Shown here piece by piece: positions 24,150 to 37,729 of a stretch of 64,000 nt of DNA (its first letter is position 1; each line of letters begins with the position of its first letter). A program made the translations under genes and the position numbers. This stretch comes from Camelus dromedarius. Its lineage: Eukaryota. The notes under the pieces are model-generated. The model worked only from the letters and a program-made list of their open reading frames with translations. It did not search any database and was not told the origin of the DNA. The stretch lies in NCBI RefSeq assembly GCF_036321535.1, contig NC_087437.1, positions 28,770,001 to 28,834,000 of the forward strand. The letters are read 5' to 3'.

Positions 24150-27089
24150 CTATCATTTCTATAATACATTGTTTTACTGAGGCTAGAATCCAACAATAAA
24201 GAAGGAATTGATTATTCTTTGATTGAGAAGCGAGGTATTCAAAATGACTGGTGAAAGTCTGTTTCTACTGGAAGAGCACAGTGGCACATTCTGGGAAATG
24301 AGTTACTCACTGTGGTAGTCATCGCAGGAAAAAGCAACTATTAATTGCAACAAATTGTGCTTTTCCTGTGGAACAATGCAAAATTCAACTTTTGCACTTC
24401 AAGGACCTGGCAAAAAGCCTCAGATGGGGGGGTTTTACTTTGGCTGGAAATCTCTTTCTATCCTGTAGTCACTGTAGGACACAAAATAAACAGATAACAA
24501 ATGACTTCAAAGAATGATACAAATGTGACTAAAAGTACTCAAGCTTGTGTCACAAACAGTCTACACAAATACTGACATCATGAGTAAGAGACGTGATGTG
24601 ATTCCTTCCACTCCTGGCCAGAACACACCATTCAGGTCTCCGCTATCACCTCTTCATCACATTTGCAGATGCCAGGTCTTTATCCTACAGTGACTCCAGT
24701 GAGATAATACAATCTTAGGAATGTGTACAAATATATGTCTTTCTCTCAGACATTCTAATTTTTGCCAAATTTGATCTAGCGTGTTTACAATTACTGATCC
24801 CTGGAATTTAGTTGTAGTTGCTTATTTGCTTCAGTAGAAAACAGATCAAGGAAACTATAGAAAAATAGCTTCATTTGTGCATGTAGGAGGGAAAAAAAGC
24901 GTAATCTGTTACTGTCATGTTCAAATAAAAAATAAACTAAAGTATGAGGAGCTAGAGTATGAAGCTCACCAAAAGGAGCATTACTTTTAAAACCTAACCC
25001 ATAAAATCTGAGAAAATGTTTCAGTGATTCTCAGAAGGCATTTCATAAAGGGTTACCAATTTAGCACCTGACATTTTCCTTCTATTGACAAAAGCATTTG
25101 ACTGGTAAGCTTATTTAAGAAACAGTTCCTTTTTTTTTTTTTTTAAATAAATAGCATCTCAAGGAAAACATTATTTTTTTGTTTCACTATCAATATTGCA
25201 TACTTATTAAATTTGTTTACTGTCACAACGTGAAAATTTTCTTCTTGCTCCAAATTCTTCTTAGAAAATAGAGTCTTAATGATCTTGCATTTATCTTTTT
25301 GTTAGATAATTAGACACGCACAATAGTGCATTTCCCTTTTAATTCTGTTTACTAGGAAGCTCTGTGCCTACTTTTGTACTTTATACGTTTCCTTTGCCCT
25401 AGACGGTCATATAATCGTCCTACACATCTTGCTTCTTTCATTACTTTGATCTATCAGCTTACTCTTAATTCTATGGGTTATAGTTCAGTCTATATTTTAT
25501 TGCAAGCAGTTTTTTTTTTTTTTTTTAAAAACTGGATCAGCTAGAGCTATGAAGAGATAAAGAAGACAGTGGAGGACTGAGAGCGAGAGCTAGAAATGCA
25601 GACAAGTCTCTATTAATTCCTTTTAAAAAGCTCTTTGGACTTAAAGATAGTAATTAAACCCTAACATTGGAAGGTTGCCTGTTGTATCAAAAAGCACCCT
25701 GTGCTAGAGGAAAGAGCATGGTGCTCAAACACCAGTCTGGGCATTTATTTCCTGTATAAGTGTGCAAATATTTGGATTTTCTGAACTTTGGCTAACTTGA
25801 CAGTGAAATAAACAATGCATTCACTCAAAACTGAACTTGATAATGTCTGTAATGTGTTTAACCCATCGTGGCCCATGAAAGTTGTGCATTACCCAGATTA
25901 ACTTATTATGTTTGGCTTTTACTCCGTGGACCAACAAATCATAGATACACATTAATATCTATTAAATCTGCCCTTGTCGAAATCTTTGGAACTTTAGGTT
26001 CTAGCAAAGATTTGGCAGATTAGATAAACACGACGCCTGCCTCTCTTGTTGGAATTTCAGCATTCATTCCCTCTACCTACCGTCTGCATTTAAGCTTGAG
26101 TTTTCATCCACAGGCTCTCGCCTGGCTTTTGCCATTTATTTTGCTTCCCCAAATTAATTTCTCACGGCCAAGAGAAAACAAATACTCTTTGCTACCATGT
26201 GGAAGTTTCTGCTTTGTTCCCTGCTTTGTTTTAGTTAAGGCCAATATTAGTGATCTCTACTTACGTATCTTTCCTGACAAAAGAAAGAACGATTGTAAAT
26301 TTAGCCTTGAACTGACTACAGACTTTCCTCTATTAGCCCGGTCCAACACATGTTCTTGTTGGCTTGTACATAGACCCCATTTTTAATTTTCCTTATAATT
26401 TTAGTTTTCTCCAGCATCATTGCATCAAAGTGTTTGCAAGTTATTAAAACATTTTTTAAAACAAAAAAATTCTAATAAAGCAGAATCTCTCACTTTTCTT
26501 GGCAGATATCAAAATTCCTGGCTGGTTCCACAATCCTCTATTAATCCCCTTGGCCAGTTCTTATCATATATAAAAGATAAAATTAATCTTTAAAACATAC
26601 ATTTGAACATTAAAAGGAGTCAGAATACAGATTTCCTAACAATTTTGAATTCATGGTGCTTTAAAAAAAAGTTTACTTTTGCCTCTTTGCACATAATTTT
26701 AACCAAATCTGTAAAAAATTGATTTTCTTTCTTGTATGTATATCATCTTAGATTAATGTTCCTTTAGTCAAACGCTTGGCGTGTGATTGCACATTACTGA
26801 AATCATGTAAATAATACTCCCCAAGAAGTCTCAAGATTTGTGGACATTGAACTGCTGCTATAAATTTATTTGGTGGAGGAACTCACTTCAAATTTATTTC
26901 CCCCAACGATATCTCACTACATAATAATTTCATGGATCTTTCTGAAGAAGAACCTGCCCCAGAAATGCATGCTTTTTATCAGGAAGGCTTTAAATAAACT
27001 GGTAGTGATCACATCTGAAACATCTTCCATGAGGACAAGCCATCCTCCCCTGCTGCTGGAAGTCCTTCCTCCTCTCTCCTCACTTCCCC

Positions 27090-27676
27090 TTCGACCACAT
27101 GTCTAAACTGTCAACAACACATCATGTGGTCTCTGCCTTCACCACACATCCAAGTCATGGCTGCTTCTCACTGTCCTAGTCCAAAGTCCCCGCAATAAAC
27201 AGTGAGACTTAAGCAACCTGGGCTCTCTGCTACCTCTCCAACCTCTTCTCCTGCCACTCTTCCCCCTTGCTCTCGTTGGCCTCCTTCCGTTTAGCTGAAT
27301 CCACTAACGACTCCAGTTCCTGTGTTTGCTGTTTCTTTTTCCTGAAACCATTCCCCTGGAGAGACTGAGGGCTCACTCCTTCACATCTTACAGATCACTG
27401 CTTAAATTTCACCTTAATGATGCCTTCCCAGATCACTCAATGTAAAATAAAATAGCAAATCAACCAGTCCCCTCATCCAGCATGCTCGTTCCTGACTCTG
27501 CTTTATCATCCTCCACAGTCACCACTATCTGACATACTATATAAAGCTAACAGATGACTGTTTCTCTTTCTCTAGAATGACATCCCCATGGTGCAGGACT
27601 GTGTTTTGTTCTTTGCTGTGTCCTTTCCCCAGCGCCGAGAACAATGTCTGGAATACAGACTTTTGGTGCTTAGTGC
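27090..27676 (+). mobile_element. L2 LINE 3' region
   Basis: 'gggctcactccttcacatcttacagatcactgcttaaatttcacc', 'ctagaatgacatccccatggtgcaggactgtgttttgttc', 'aacaatgtctggaatacag'. Confidence 0.75.
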
Positions 27677-27678
27677 TA

Positions 27679-28198
27679 TAGGCATCCCTTGGTATCTTAG
27701 GAAATTGATTCAGGATTTCCATGGATACCAAAATCCATGGATGCTCAAGTCCCTCATATAAAATGGGGTTGTATTTGCATATAACCTCCTTACATCCTCC
27801 CATATACTTAATATTTTTTTAATTGAAGTAGAGTTGATTTACAATGTTGTGTTCATTTCTGGTGTACAGCATAGTGATTCATTTATACATATATATATTC
27901 TTTTTCATTATAGGTTATTACAAGAAATTGAATATAGTTCCCTGTGCTATACAGTAGGACCTTGTTGTTTCCTCCCATATACTTTAAATCTTCTCTAGAT
28001 TACTTATAATACCTAATACAATGTACATTCTATTCAAATAATTATACATATGATGTAAACGCTATGTACATTGTTGCCTGTGTGCAGCAAGTTCAAGTTT
28101 TGCTTTTTGTGACTTTTTTGGAATTTTTTTCCCAACATTTTTGATTTATGGTTGTTGACTCTGAGGATGCAGAAGCTTCAGATTGGGAGGGCTGGCTG
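27679..28198 (+). mobile_element. MER2-like (TcMar-Tigger) non-autonomous DNA transposon, interrupted by an L1 stub
   Basis: 'aggcatcccttggtatc...ggataccaaaatccatggatgctcaagtccctcatataaaatgg...tttaaatcttctctagattacttataatacctaatacaatg...ggatgcagaa...ggagggctggctg'; TA at left flank. Confidence 0.85.
27810..27969 (-). mobile_element. 5'-truncated L1 3' end
   Basis: 'ttttttaattgaagtagagttgatttacaatgttgtg...ccctgtgctatacagtaggaccttgttg'; exact 15-bp TSD tcctcccatatactt at 27795-27809 and 27970-27984. Confidence 0.92.
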
Positions 28199-30399
28199 CA
28201 CGTGTTAGGTGAGTGAGTAAGTACACGCGTAGGTCCTGCTCTTTGTTGGAGCACAGCCTATCCCTTTCTGGACTCTAAGACAATCCATGAATTTTGGAAC
28301 TTATTTTCCTTCTGATTTCTGTAGAAAAGAGGCCTCTGGTTTTCCTAACTTCTTCACTAACTTCCTGCCTCAAAGATATTTCTCCATTTGCAAATAAACC
28401 ATGACTAGCAGTTAGGCGATGTGTTGAAACGCATCGGGCAACATTTTACTACTCTGTATCAGTTGGATTAGGCAGGCTGTTAGAACAGGTGGAATGAGCC
28501 TATTGAGAAGGTAAATACTGAGCACCTGCACTGTGTTGTTTATGCTAAGACAGGATTTTGTACTATTCATTAGGTTTCATATCTGAAGATCTAGTCACTT
28601 AAATATTACCTTGCCTGTATTTCTGTCTTTCCGTCATACAAGGCTGGATATACAAAGTTGGAGTTCCTTGAGGCCAGTGTTAAGACCAAGATATGTGGCT
28701 TAACAGTATTGTGCTTCAGTCGATAGAGATTACACACCTTCTTACACCGTTTTTCTTTACATATTTGTTCAACAGAACTAAAGGCTGAGGCTGGGTTCCT
28801 TAGAGGAAACAAAACTGAGAAAAGACAGCTACTGGGAGGCTGTCTCTAGTCCATTGTCAGGTGCAATTCCAATTACATTCAGCCTCCAAACTTGGACCCC
28901 AGCTGGGCAAAATGAAAGCTTTGCTTTTACTTTTTGCCAGGCTTCTTAGGAATACCTTGTGGGATCTCACCTGTCCTCTCCCAAGTAACTTAACAAAATA
29001 GTCCTTTCAACCTTACATTACGTTCACACAGAGGGGCATTCTATAAATACACCTTCTCCAGCAGGGACAGTGATTGTTCTGTGCCCTCACTGGTGGGTGC
29101 CCTGGGCCAGGACTCAGCTGGCTGGCCCCTTAATCCAGCCTGGCCAAGATCTCACAGCTCTACCTGCTATTACTTAGAAAAGGGGAGAATGTTGTGGTTC
29201 TGGCCTAAAACGATATTTCTTAGCTGCTAACAATTGAATCAAATCTTTCAACTTGGCTAGTTAAATTAGCCCTTCAAAATAACCGTAAATTTTATTATCA
29301 TCATGGACAGAACTCAAGCTTCAAGAAAAAAAAAAAAGATAAAAACTGTGTTTTTTCCCCCAAATTTTAAATTAACATTTAAAATGCAAGAAAACTGTTT
29401 ACTTAAGGACAGGTTGGATAATGTGTGAATCAGTCAGAGTCTGTTGCGGTTTGTTTCACTTGTTTTGTTTTGCATTCCATTTGCTTTACTGGGTGGGTTT
29501 TAGGTGGCCTCTAGGGTGTTTACTGAGGAGCTTTAAACAATCCTACAGACCAGCTGTGCTGGGTGGTGTGAGGGGCTCCATCCTGCAGTCGGTGCTGATA
29601 GGAGCACAAAGGCAAAGCAGCAATGACAGCTGGAGTGCTGGTGCCTTGACAGACACCGCAAGAGCAGGCTAGGACAGTGAGACAGCAAAGGTCAAAGCCC
29701 GTGTAAAAGCACAGGAAGCTTAGTGGCTGCATCTTTTCAGTTTCAACACCACCATTTCCAACCAATGGAGCTGGGTAGACGGGAGGCTGGGCTATGTCTC
29801 AGTTTCCAAGCAACAGGTTTATGTCTGCTTATGTCTTTCCTGTAATGAACAGGGACTGGATTCAACAAAATTGCCTATTTTATCTCTTTATTTCTTAAAT
29901 GAAGGCAAAGAGAGAGGAAAAGGAGATTACTTGGACACTTGTAAGCACAATGTAATTGTGTCCAGTATTGATTTGGGCTCAGATGGAGTCTCAGGACTCC
30001 TCAAAAAACCCTAAATCACCCTAGAGTCCTTGGTACAAAATCCGAGTGCCATGTCTCTATTCACACTAAAGTATTCCTCATGCTAAAATTAAATTATTTT
30101 TGCTAGCAGAAACCAAAAGTCAACTGCCAGCATACTTAAATCTTCCAGCCTCCCAAGGCTACCATATGCTTTAAGATTTTAATAAATTTTCTCCCAACCC
30201 CTTCTCATGGTAAGGTACAAAAACCAGCATCCTACCAAATATCTGGGATGGCTTAAAGGTACTAAGCTTTTGCTTCCACTGAATTCCATACATTTACATT
30301 TTATCACCATTTCCGTGCTTAGTCACCCCACTGAAAACTACCATGAGTCCTTTCAATATTTCAGGGTACCACCGAAGTAAGGCGGTGGTATTATACCAC

Positions 30400-31210
30400 T
30401 TAATTTCATTTTTGGATCAGTGGATTGATTTTTCTCCTAGTGAGTTATATTTTCATGCTTCTTTGTATGCCTTCTATTTTTTTTCAGGGGGGGTGGATGT
30501 TGCCAGATATTGTGAATTTAACCTTTTTGTGTCTAAGTATTTTTATAGTCCTATAAATATTCTTGACTTTTGTTCTACATGTGGTTATCTAGACATAGTC
30601 TGATCCTCTCGGGCCTTATTTTGTTAGATGGAATGAGAACTAAGCTGAATATTTCCCCAACAATGAGGCAAGACATGTTTAGAACTCCAGCCAATGTCCC
30701 CTAAATTTTGAGGTTCTCTACTTCAGGTAGAGGCACTATCTCTGGTCCTGTATGGTCTGTCAGTCCCACTCCTAATCCTCCTGCATGGCTCTTCCCTTGA
30801 ACTCCCACTCACATGAGGATTGCTATCTGTTGAACCCGTGAGGGGAACGCTCTACGGATGCCTGGAATTTTCTCTCCCTGCAACTCTCATTACTCATGTC
30901 CAGGATTCTGCCTTGTTAAATCCAGCTGCCTTTGCTTCCCTGGACTCACCATTCCATCTCCTCCATTTAGGGGGACCACTGGCTCTGCCTGGGTTTCCTC
31001 TCCCTTATGCCTAATCTTCAGGCAAGAAGCCAGGGCAATTTTAGGGCTCAACTCATTTTTTTCTCAGTTCCAACAGATCACTGTCCTTGGTTGCTGATGT
31101 CCAATATTGTGTGTGCCACTGTTTCATGCATTTTTTTTTCATCTCTAGTTGTTTCTTGGCAGGAGAGTAAATCCAATTTCTCTTTTTCCATCTTGACTTG
31201 AAGTGAAAGT
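30400..31210 (-). mobile_element. Ancient L1M 5' region
   Basis: 'tatattttcatgcttctttgtatgcc...ccagatattgtgaatttaacc...cctataaatattcttga' resemble old L1M 5'/ORF1-proximal consensus. Confidence 0.5.
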
Positions 31211-31639
31211 CCTCTGAGGCCATGTTTGAAATTAATATTTTGAACCAACTACTGATTCCTTCATTCACACTTTCTCTACATATGGGAAGACCCAGCCCCC
31301 TTGTTACAGCTTCTGGCTAACTCTCCCTAATCCTCCTTTTACCCCATCCTCCACTTCACCTCTAGCAAAATTTATTCTTCCCTCTCTGATTTGGCTTATT
31401 TTATGCTTGTATTCATGCCACAGATCTATATATTATTTTTCAAATATATGTAGATTATAGATTGTTTTGGTAACTAAATACTAATAAATTATTTTTAAAT
31501 TATACAAAATTAACACATTTATCACAGCTAGTGAAAAATAAATTTAAAAAGATATTTAAAAAGTAGTTTCAATGAAATCAACAAATTATGCATTTACTTC
31601 CAATATCTCTTGAATTCCTGCTAAAAAACAGGAAAGAAA

Positions 31640-33200
31640 TGTTAAAAAGCATTGACACACTAATCAAAACAGCGTGACACCCATGGAGAGACAGACACAT
31701 AAATCAGTGGAAGAGAACAGAGAACCCAGAAGAGGTCCACAAATATTCCCAAATAATTTTTGACAAAGAAGCAAAAGCAATTCAATAAAAGAGGGAAATC
31801 CTTTTCAGTGAATGATTTTGGAGCAACTGGGCATCTATTAGAAAAAAAAAATAGCCCTGACCTATACTTGATACTTAATACAAACTTTAATAAAAATTGA
31901 TCACAGACTTTAATGTAAAACATAAAACTATAAAACTTCTACGAAAGAACATAGGAGAAAAATCCTCAAAATGTTAAGACTAGCAAAGAGTTCTTAGACT
32001 TGACACCAAAAGCATGATCCATGAAAGGGAAACTTGATAAATAAGACCACTTCAAAATTAAAAACTTTTGCTCTGCAAGACACTTTGTTGTAAGGATGAA
32101 AATAAAAATTACAGACTTGAAAAAAAATTGCAAGTATTTTATTCAACAGAGACTTTATATCTAGAATATATAAAGAACTCTCAACATTCAGCATGAAAAG
32201 AAAAGCCAGCTAATCAGAAAATGAGCAAAAAAAAAAAAAAAAGACATGTACAGACATTTCATTAAAGAGAATAAACATGGCAAATAAACACACAAAAACA
32301 TGTTTGGACTATTTAGCAATTTGATCAATGTAAATTAAAACTATAAAGAGATATCACTACACATTTATCACAATGGCTAAAGTTAAAAAAAAAAGCAGTG
32401 ACAATACCAAATGCTGGGGAGGAGGTGGAGAAATTTAGTATGGCCATTCTGTAAAATAGTTCCATACTTTCCTTCAAACCTAAAAATGGTATCATATAAT
32501 CCAGCAATTATACTCTTGGGCATTTATCCCAGAGAAATGAAGACTTACCTTCACACAGGGATCTGTACACAAATATTTATAGGAGCATTACTGGTAATAG
32601 CCAAAACCTGGAGCCTCCTCTAATGTTCTGCGTATGGATGACTGGTTAAATAAATTGTGGTACATCCATAACATGGAATACTACTCAGCAATAAAAAATA
32701 AGGTATAATTAACACATGCAACAACTTTTTTGGAGGAACCTCGAGGAAATTATGCTGAGTAAAAAGAACCCAATCTCAAAAGGATACTTACTACATGTTT
32801 CCATTTAAATAATATTCATGAAATAACAAAACTATGGAGATGAATAGCAAATTAGTTGTCAGGGTTTAGGAGTGGGAGGAGAGGGGATGAGTGTGGCTAT
32901 AAAGGGGTATAATAAGAGAGTCCTGTGATGGTACAGCTGCATATTTTGATTGTGGTAGTTACACAAGCCTATAAACGTGATAAATTGCACAGATACACAG
33001 GAACACACACAGGTGCATGTATTACTGATGGGTTCTGAACAAGCTCTATCGATGGTGCCAGTGCCAACTTCTTGGTTTTGATATTGTATTATAGTTGCAT
33101 AAGATGTGAACATTGGGGGAGGCTCGCAGAAGTGTGCGCAGGACTTGCCTGTACATTTCTTTGCAACCTCCTGTTAATCTATAATTATTTAGAAATAAAA
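31640..33200 (+). mobile_element. L1MC-like LINE, ORF2 3' part and 3'UTR, degenerate
   Basis: 'tggaagagaacagagaacccagaa', 'ttttgacaaagaagcaaaagcaattcaat', YNPAIILLGIYPREMKTY peptide, L1MC-type 3'UTR 'tgtattatagttgcataagatgtgaacattggggga'. Confidence 0.88.
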
Positions 33201-33734
33201 AAGATATTGACATATAAGAGCACAGAAAAACAAACTATAGAGGAGAGCAACAAAAAATTTAAGAATTTGGAAAGGAAGTGACTGAAGAGTATCTGGCTTA
33301 GTCACAACAGAGCTAAAGCTTAAGCTCACAGAACAGCAACCCAATGTTTGCTTCAGATCTACCCCCTCCAAAAAAAAATTAGCAAGTGATCACACCAAAT
33401 ACCTGTGAAGGTTATAAGGCATATAGTTATTAAAAAAAACAGTATGATTTGGTGAAGGTCTGCTTAAGAAACTGACAGACTCTCAGAATCCTTCCTCTCT
33501 CTGTGTATTAGGAAGATTTTCAGCAGAATTCTGGAGGCTTATTTAATAGAAGGTCTCTGAACATAGCTGGGGATGGAATTATTATACTAAGCAAAAGGGG
33601 ATTAAGAAAACTGGAGGCATTTGAGGGTATTGAGAGTAATTGAGAATTTGGTTCTCTTAATCAGTCTCACTCTTCCTTTTTTCCACTTGTGAAAAACCAG
33701 TAGCCAGCCTTTGCATTATTTTTTTTTATTATAC

Positions 33735-34088
33735 TTCTTAGTCTGTTCAGGCTGCTGTAACAGTATACTACATACTGGGGAGACTACAAAAGACAGAATT
33801 TACTTCTCCCAGTTCTGGAGACCGGAAGTCCAAGATGCTAACATGGCTAGGTTACTAGAAGGTCCCCTTTTGGGATGCCGACTGACAACTTCTCTCTACA
33901 GCCTCACATAATAGAAGGAACCAGGGATCTCTCTCTTCCTCTTTTATAAGGGAATTAATTGCATTCATAAAGGTTTCACCCTCAAGTCCTAATCACCCCT
34001 CAAAGGCTTCACCTCCTAATACCATGATATTGGGCATGAGGATTTCAACATATAAATTTCAGAGGACACAAACATTCAGACCATAGCA
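33735..34088 (-). mobile_element. MaLR solo LTR (MLT1A-like)
   Basis: 'cttagtctgttcaggctgctgtaaca...agttctggagaccggaagtccaagat...cttttataaggg...ggatttcaacatataaattt...acacaaacattcagaccatagca'. Confidence 0.88.
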
Positions 34089-34399
34089 TTAAATAAATAT
34101 TACTGTTGTAACAACAGTGTATGTTTATCAGGCGTCATTCTTACATGATTTTTTATATTAAAGGTAATTATTACTTCATTATATTTAAACCTGCTTATCT
34201 TTTTAATAGTTATCACTGATTATTTCTTGCAAGTGTTCTAATAGATCTGTCAAACACCAAGCAATATTTTTTTCAAAAGCTCAAATACTTGAAAGCATCT
34301 AACAATCCCCTGGTATTTAATTTTTGCTTTATTTTCTTGTTTTAACTGATGATCTGCTGCCTACAGGTATCTATTTCTTGCTTCAATACAAACTAATAT

Positions 34400-36050
34400 C
34401 TTTTTAAAGCACATTTGTCATGCCCAAAGATCCCTTTTTCCTCTCCTATCACAAAGGCACTGGTCCCTGAATCCCCTCTTCTTCTGTTTCCTGCTTTAAT
34501 ATCTCATTTTTCATGAATTGTCAACTTAGATAGCCTCCTAAGAAAGAAAGATACATTTAAAAAAATTATTGCATATCTGGAAGTGTCTTTATTCAGTGTT
34601 CACATTTGACTTAGTACCTTGGCTGGGTATAAAATTATAGGTTGAAAACAATAGTTCATCAGAATTTTTAATACTTTTGTTACACTCTTTTGGATTCTAA
34701 CATTAGAACTGGTCAGATTAATATTTATTTTGTGAGTGTTTTAAAGTCTTCCCCTTCAGCTCAGGCATACTGAAATTTCATAATAAAAAGCCTTTGTGTG
34801 ATTATTTTATGTCATTGATTTTACTGGACATTCAATGGGCTCTTTGAGTTTGGGAATACAAGCCTTTCAGTTTGGGAATTTTGGGGGGGCTATATTTCTT
34901 TGACTATTTCCTCTCTTCTTTTTCCCTCTTTCTCTAGAATTTCTCCTAATTGTATGTTGAGCCACCTAAACTAATCCTTGCACTTCAAAATTTTTTATTA
35001 TTATTTTCTATCTCTTTGTTGTTACACAACAAATCTTGTGTGTAACAGCACAAAATCTTATAGATTTTCTATAAAATCTTCTAATAATTTTTATGGTACT
35101 TTAATTACCAGTTTATTTTTCTCTGACTGCTTTTCAAAGAATTGTTTCCTGTTCTTATTTTATGAATGTGATATTATTTGGTCTATTTGTCTGTTTTAAC
35201 TGGGTTCAATTTTTTTTTGAAATATTTGTTTGCTTTGGTCTCTCTTTGTCATGGGAAAGGATTTCTTCTCATGTATGTTACTCCTTCAGTAAACACTGAT
35301 ATATGTATGATCCAAGTGCAGAAAGCTTATTAGAAGCTCTGGGTGGTAGAGGAGACCCCTGGGGCAGTGGAATAGGACTCAACTAGTTTATTCACTTAGT
35401 GTAAACCCCTACATGTCTGTAGGAAACTCCCAAACATCTAGAAGTTTTACCTTTTTTTTCCCCAATTTTCTGCCAGGCAAATATAAACATAGCAACAAGT
35501 ATTCTGGAAGCAGGGCTGAGGAAAGGAGCTACAGGTAGAGTAGGGGATTCATGTAGACTAATTTTATCCCCTGTTTTCATCCTAAATTCTCCATGTTACT
35601 TTGTGTTCACTGGTTCCTGAATAAAGTTCTCCAGAGACAATTTTTTTTCTCCTAGTGTGCATTTGTGGAGGAGTTAAGAGACTTAAAACAATCTCTGAGT
35701 GTTGAATCTTTAGACTGACTTCCACTTTTCATGTTACCTGCTTCCCCACATACAGACACTCTCATGGGATTTGTGAGGTAGACAAGCTCGTTCCTCATCA
35801 AAACACCCTCGTGTGGTCAATTAGCTTTTGGCATTCTCTGCTCTGCTGTCAGTGATTCCTCCTCCATCATAGTCTACTTCCTAAAAATTACTCTAGTGGT
35901 TTTTCTGAGATTACATTTTCTGTCTTTCTCTTCATCCTTTTTAGGCTTTTGTTTTTGTTTTTGTTTTGTTTTTTTTTAAGTTTTTAAAGCCATTTTCTGG
36001 TGTTTGGGAGGAAGAGGAGATAATCACCTATGGTCATATCGCCACATTTA
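34400..36050 (-). mobile_element. Highly decayed L1M/HAL1-like 5'/ORF1 region
   Basis: T-rich strand with 'ttgcatatctggaagtgtctttattc...cttggctgggtataaaattataggttgaaaa' motifs. Confidence 0.5.
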
Positions 36051-37284
36051 ACCCAAAGTTCGCAAATACAGTTAAAAATACTACTAGATGTACGTCAACC
36101 TCTTATTTTGTATTTACTTACCCATATATACTAAATGAACATTGTATAGGTATCTGAGGAAAAAGTCCTCACACTGAAAAAGTTAAGAAATTCCTAGTCA
36201 TGTGGATGTTCTCAGTGAAGGGTCACCAGAGGAGAATCCAGAAATCTTTGGTAGAATCTAGATGGTAAAGGGAATAAAGTGGTCAATTACAGACTCCCAC
36301 TGTTGCAAAGCCATTTCCTGTAGTTTCTGCCACAAGCTAGAACTTCATAGAGGACATTATTCAGCCTTTCACTTGCATATTCATAATGGACCTCAGTTAA
36401 TAAGCACAGTGTCTTTCTATAGTCCATACTTCAAAAAAAGTACTATCTTAACTACAAGTAGTAAATGGACAACATACTCAACTGCAGAAGGAACTTTGAA
36501 ATAAGAATTTATCACTTTTTTTCTTCCTTAAGGCAAAAAAAGCAAGCACCAAACTAAATTGCCTGTAACATAAGTTGAGGGATCTTTCTGAGCAGACAGG
36601 AATGTATTTAGACTCCTTCATTTAATGTGGCATAAAAGTACAATGCTAATGAAATGCAGGAAATGATTTCCATCATCAGTGAACTTGTTAGTCTTATATC
36701 TTTTTTTTTTTTTTCTGGTTGACTGAGAAATGTAGGTCATTAGGTATGTTGCTTATGAAAGCAAACTAAGATATCAATCTTTATATTTTCTATGTTGTCT
36801 TATGAGAGCCATTTTTACTTTTCCTGAAAGAAAAATAAATATGTATATGACTCATTGTGTACATAATAATTAATAAGGTAATATAGTGATATTTCTGTCT
36901 ACATTTGTGACCCAAGAGAAGAGTCTCTTAGAAAGCTGTATTATAACACTGCTTAGAAAGAATTCTATTCTGGTGGATCTTATTGTTTGGATCTGAATTA
37001 TTAGCTTAAAAACCAATAAAAGAATTAAGGCAATACTTAATTCATCCACAAAACTCACAGACAGAAAGATGGCAAAAGTAGGGGGGGAAAATGAAGCCAT
37101 GGACAAATGACAACAAAAACGCTTTAAATGGGAAATTTAAGGAAACAAAAAATGGGATGACCATTAAGCTGTCATAACCTGAGGTTTCAGCCAGAGGACC
37201 ATTGTCCACTGAAGGTAGTCCGTGGCTTCCACTTTCCATCATCCACTCCTGCTCTGGCAAACACCATGGCTACCACCACAATAG

Positions 37285-37710
37285 GTATTTCCCCTCCCTC
37301 TTCTTTGCTAAGGAAATCTTGACTTAATAGACCTTAGGAAAATTGATTCCTCATCTCAGGTGGGCATGTTACCCAGGTATAAGGGGGAGTTTTCTGGAGA
37401 GTCTCTGGGAAAGAATTTTTCTCCCTGATAAGAAAGAAGTACTCTAAAATAACAGGTTCTTCTCTGTGTGATTCAACCCCTTGTTCCTTGCACCAGGGAC
37501 TGGGGATACATGGGGTAGGGATGACATGATGGAGCTGCTGCAGCCATATTGATCCTGTGAGGGGAAGCCCTGGACACTACCCTTAGCCCTGATAAAACTA
37601 AGCTGCTGGATCAAAGCTGGCAAGGGCTTACCACAAAACTTGTTGATAGAAAATGAAATTCCAAATTATTTAAGCCACTGTTGTTCACATTCTTGTTATT
37701 TGCAGCCATT
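37285..37710 (+). mobile_element. Old MaLR LTR (MLT1J/K/L-like)
   Basis: 'tctgggaaagaatttttctccctgataagaaag', 'gatggagctgctgcagccatattg', 'atttaagccactgttg...ttcttgttatttgcagcc'. Confidence 0.7.
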
Positions 37711-37729
37711 ATCGATGATTCTAATTTAT

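Noticed and set aside
29500..29520. CTCF site (tggcctctagggtg)
   Set aside because: Only a partial match to the core; cannot be supported without a PWM score or ChIP data.
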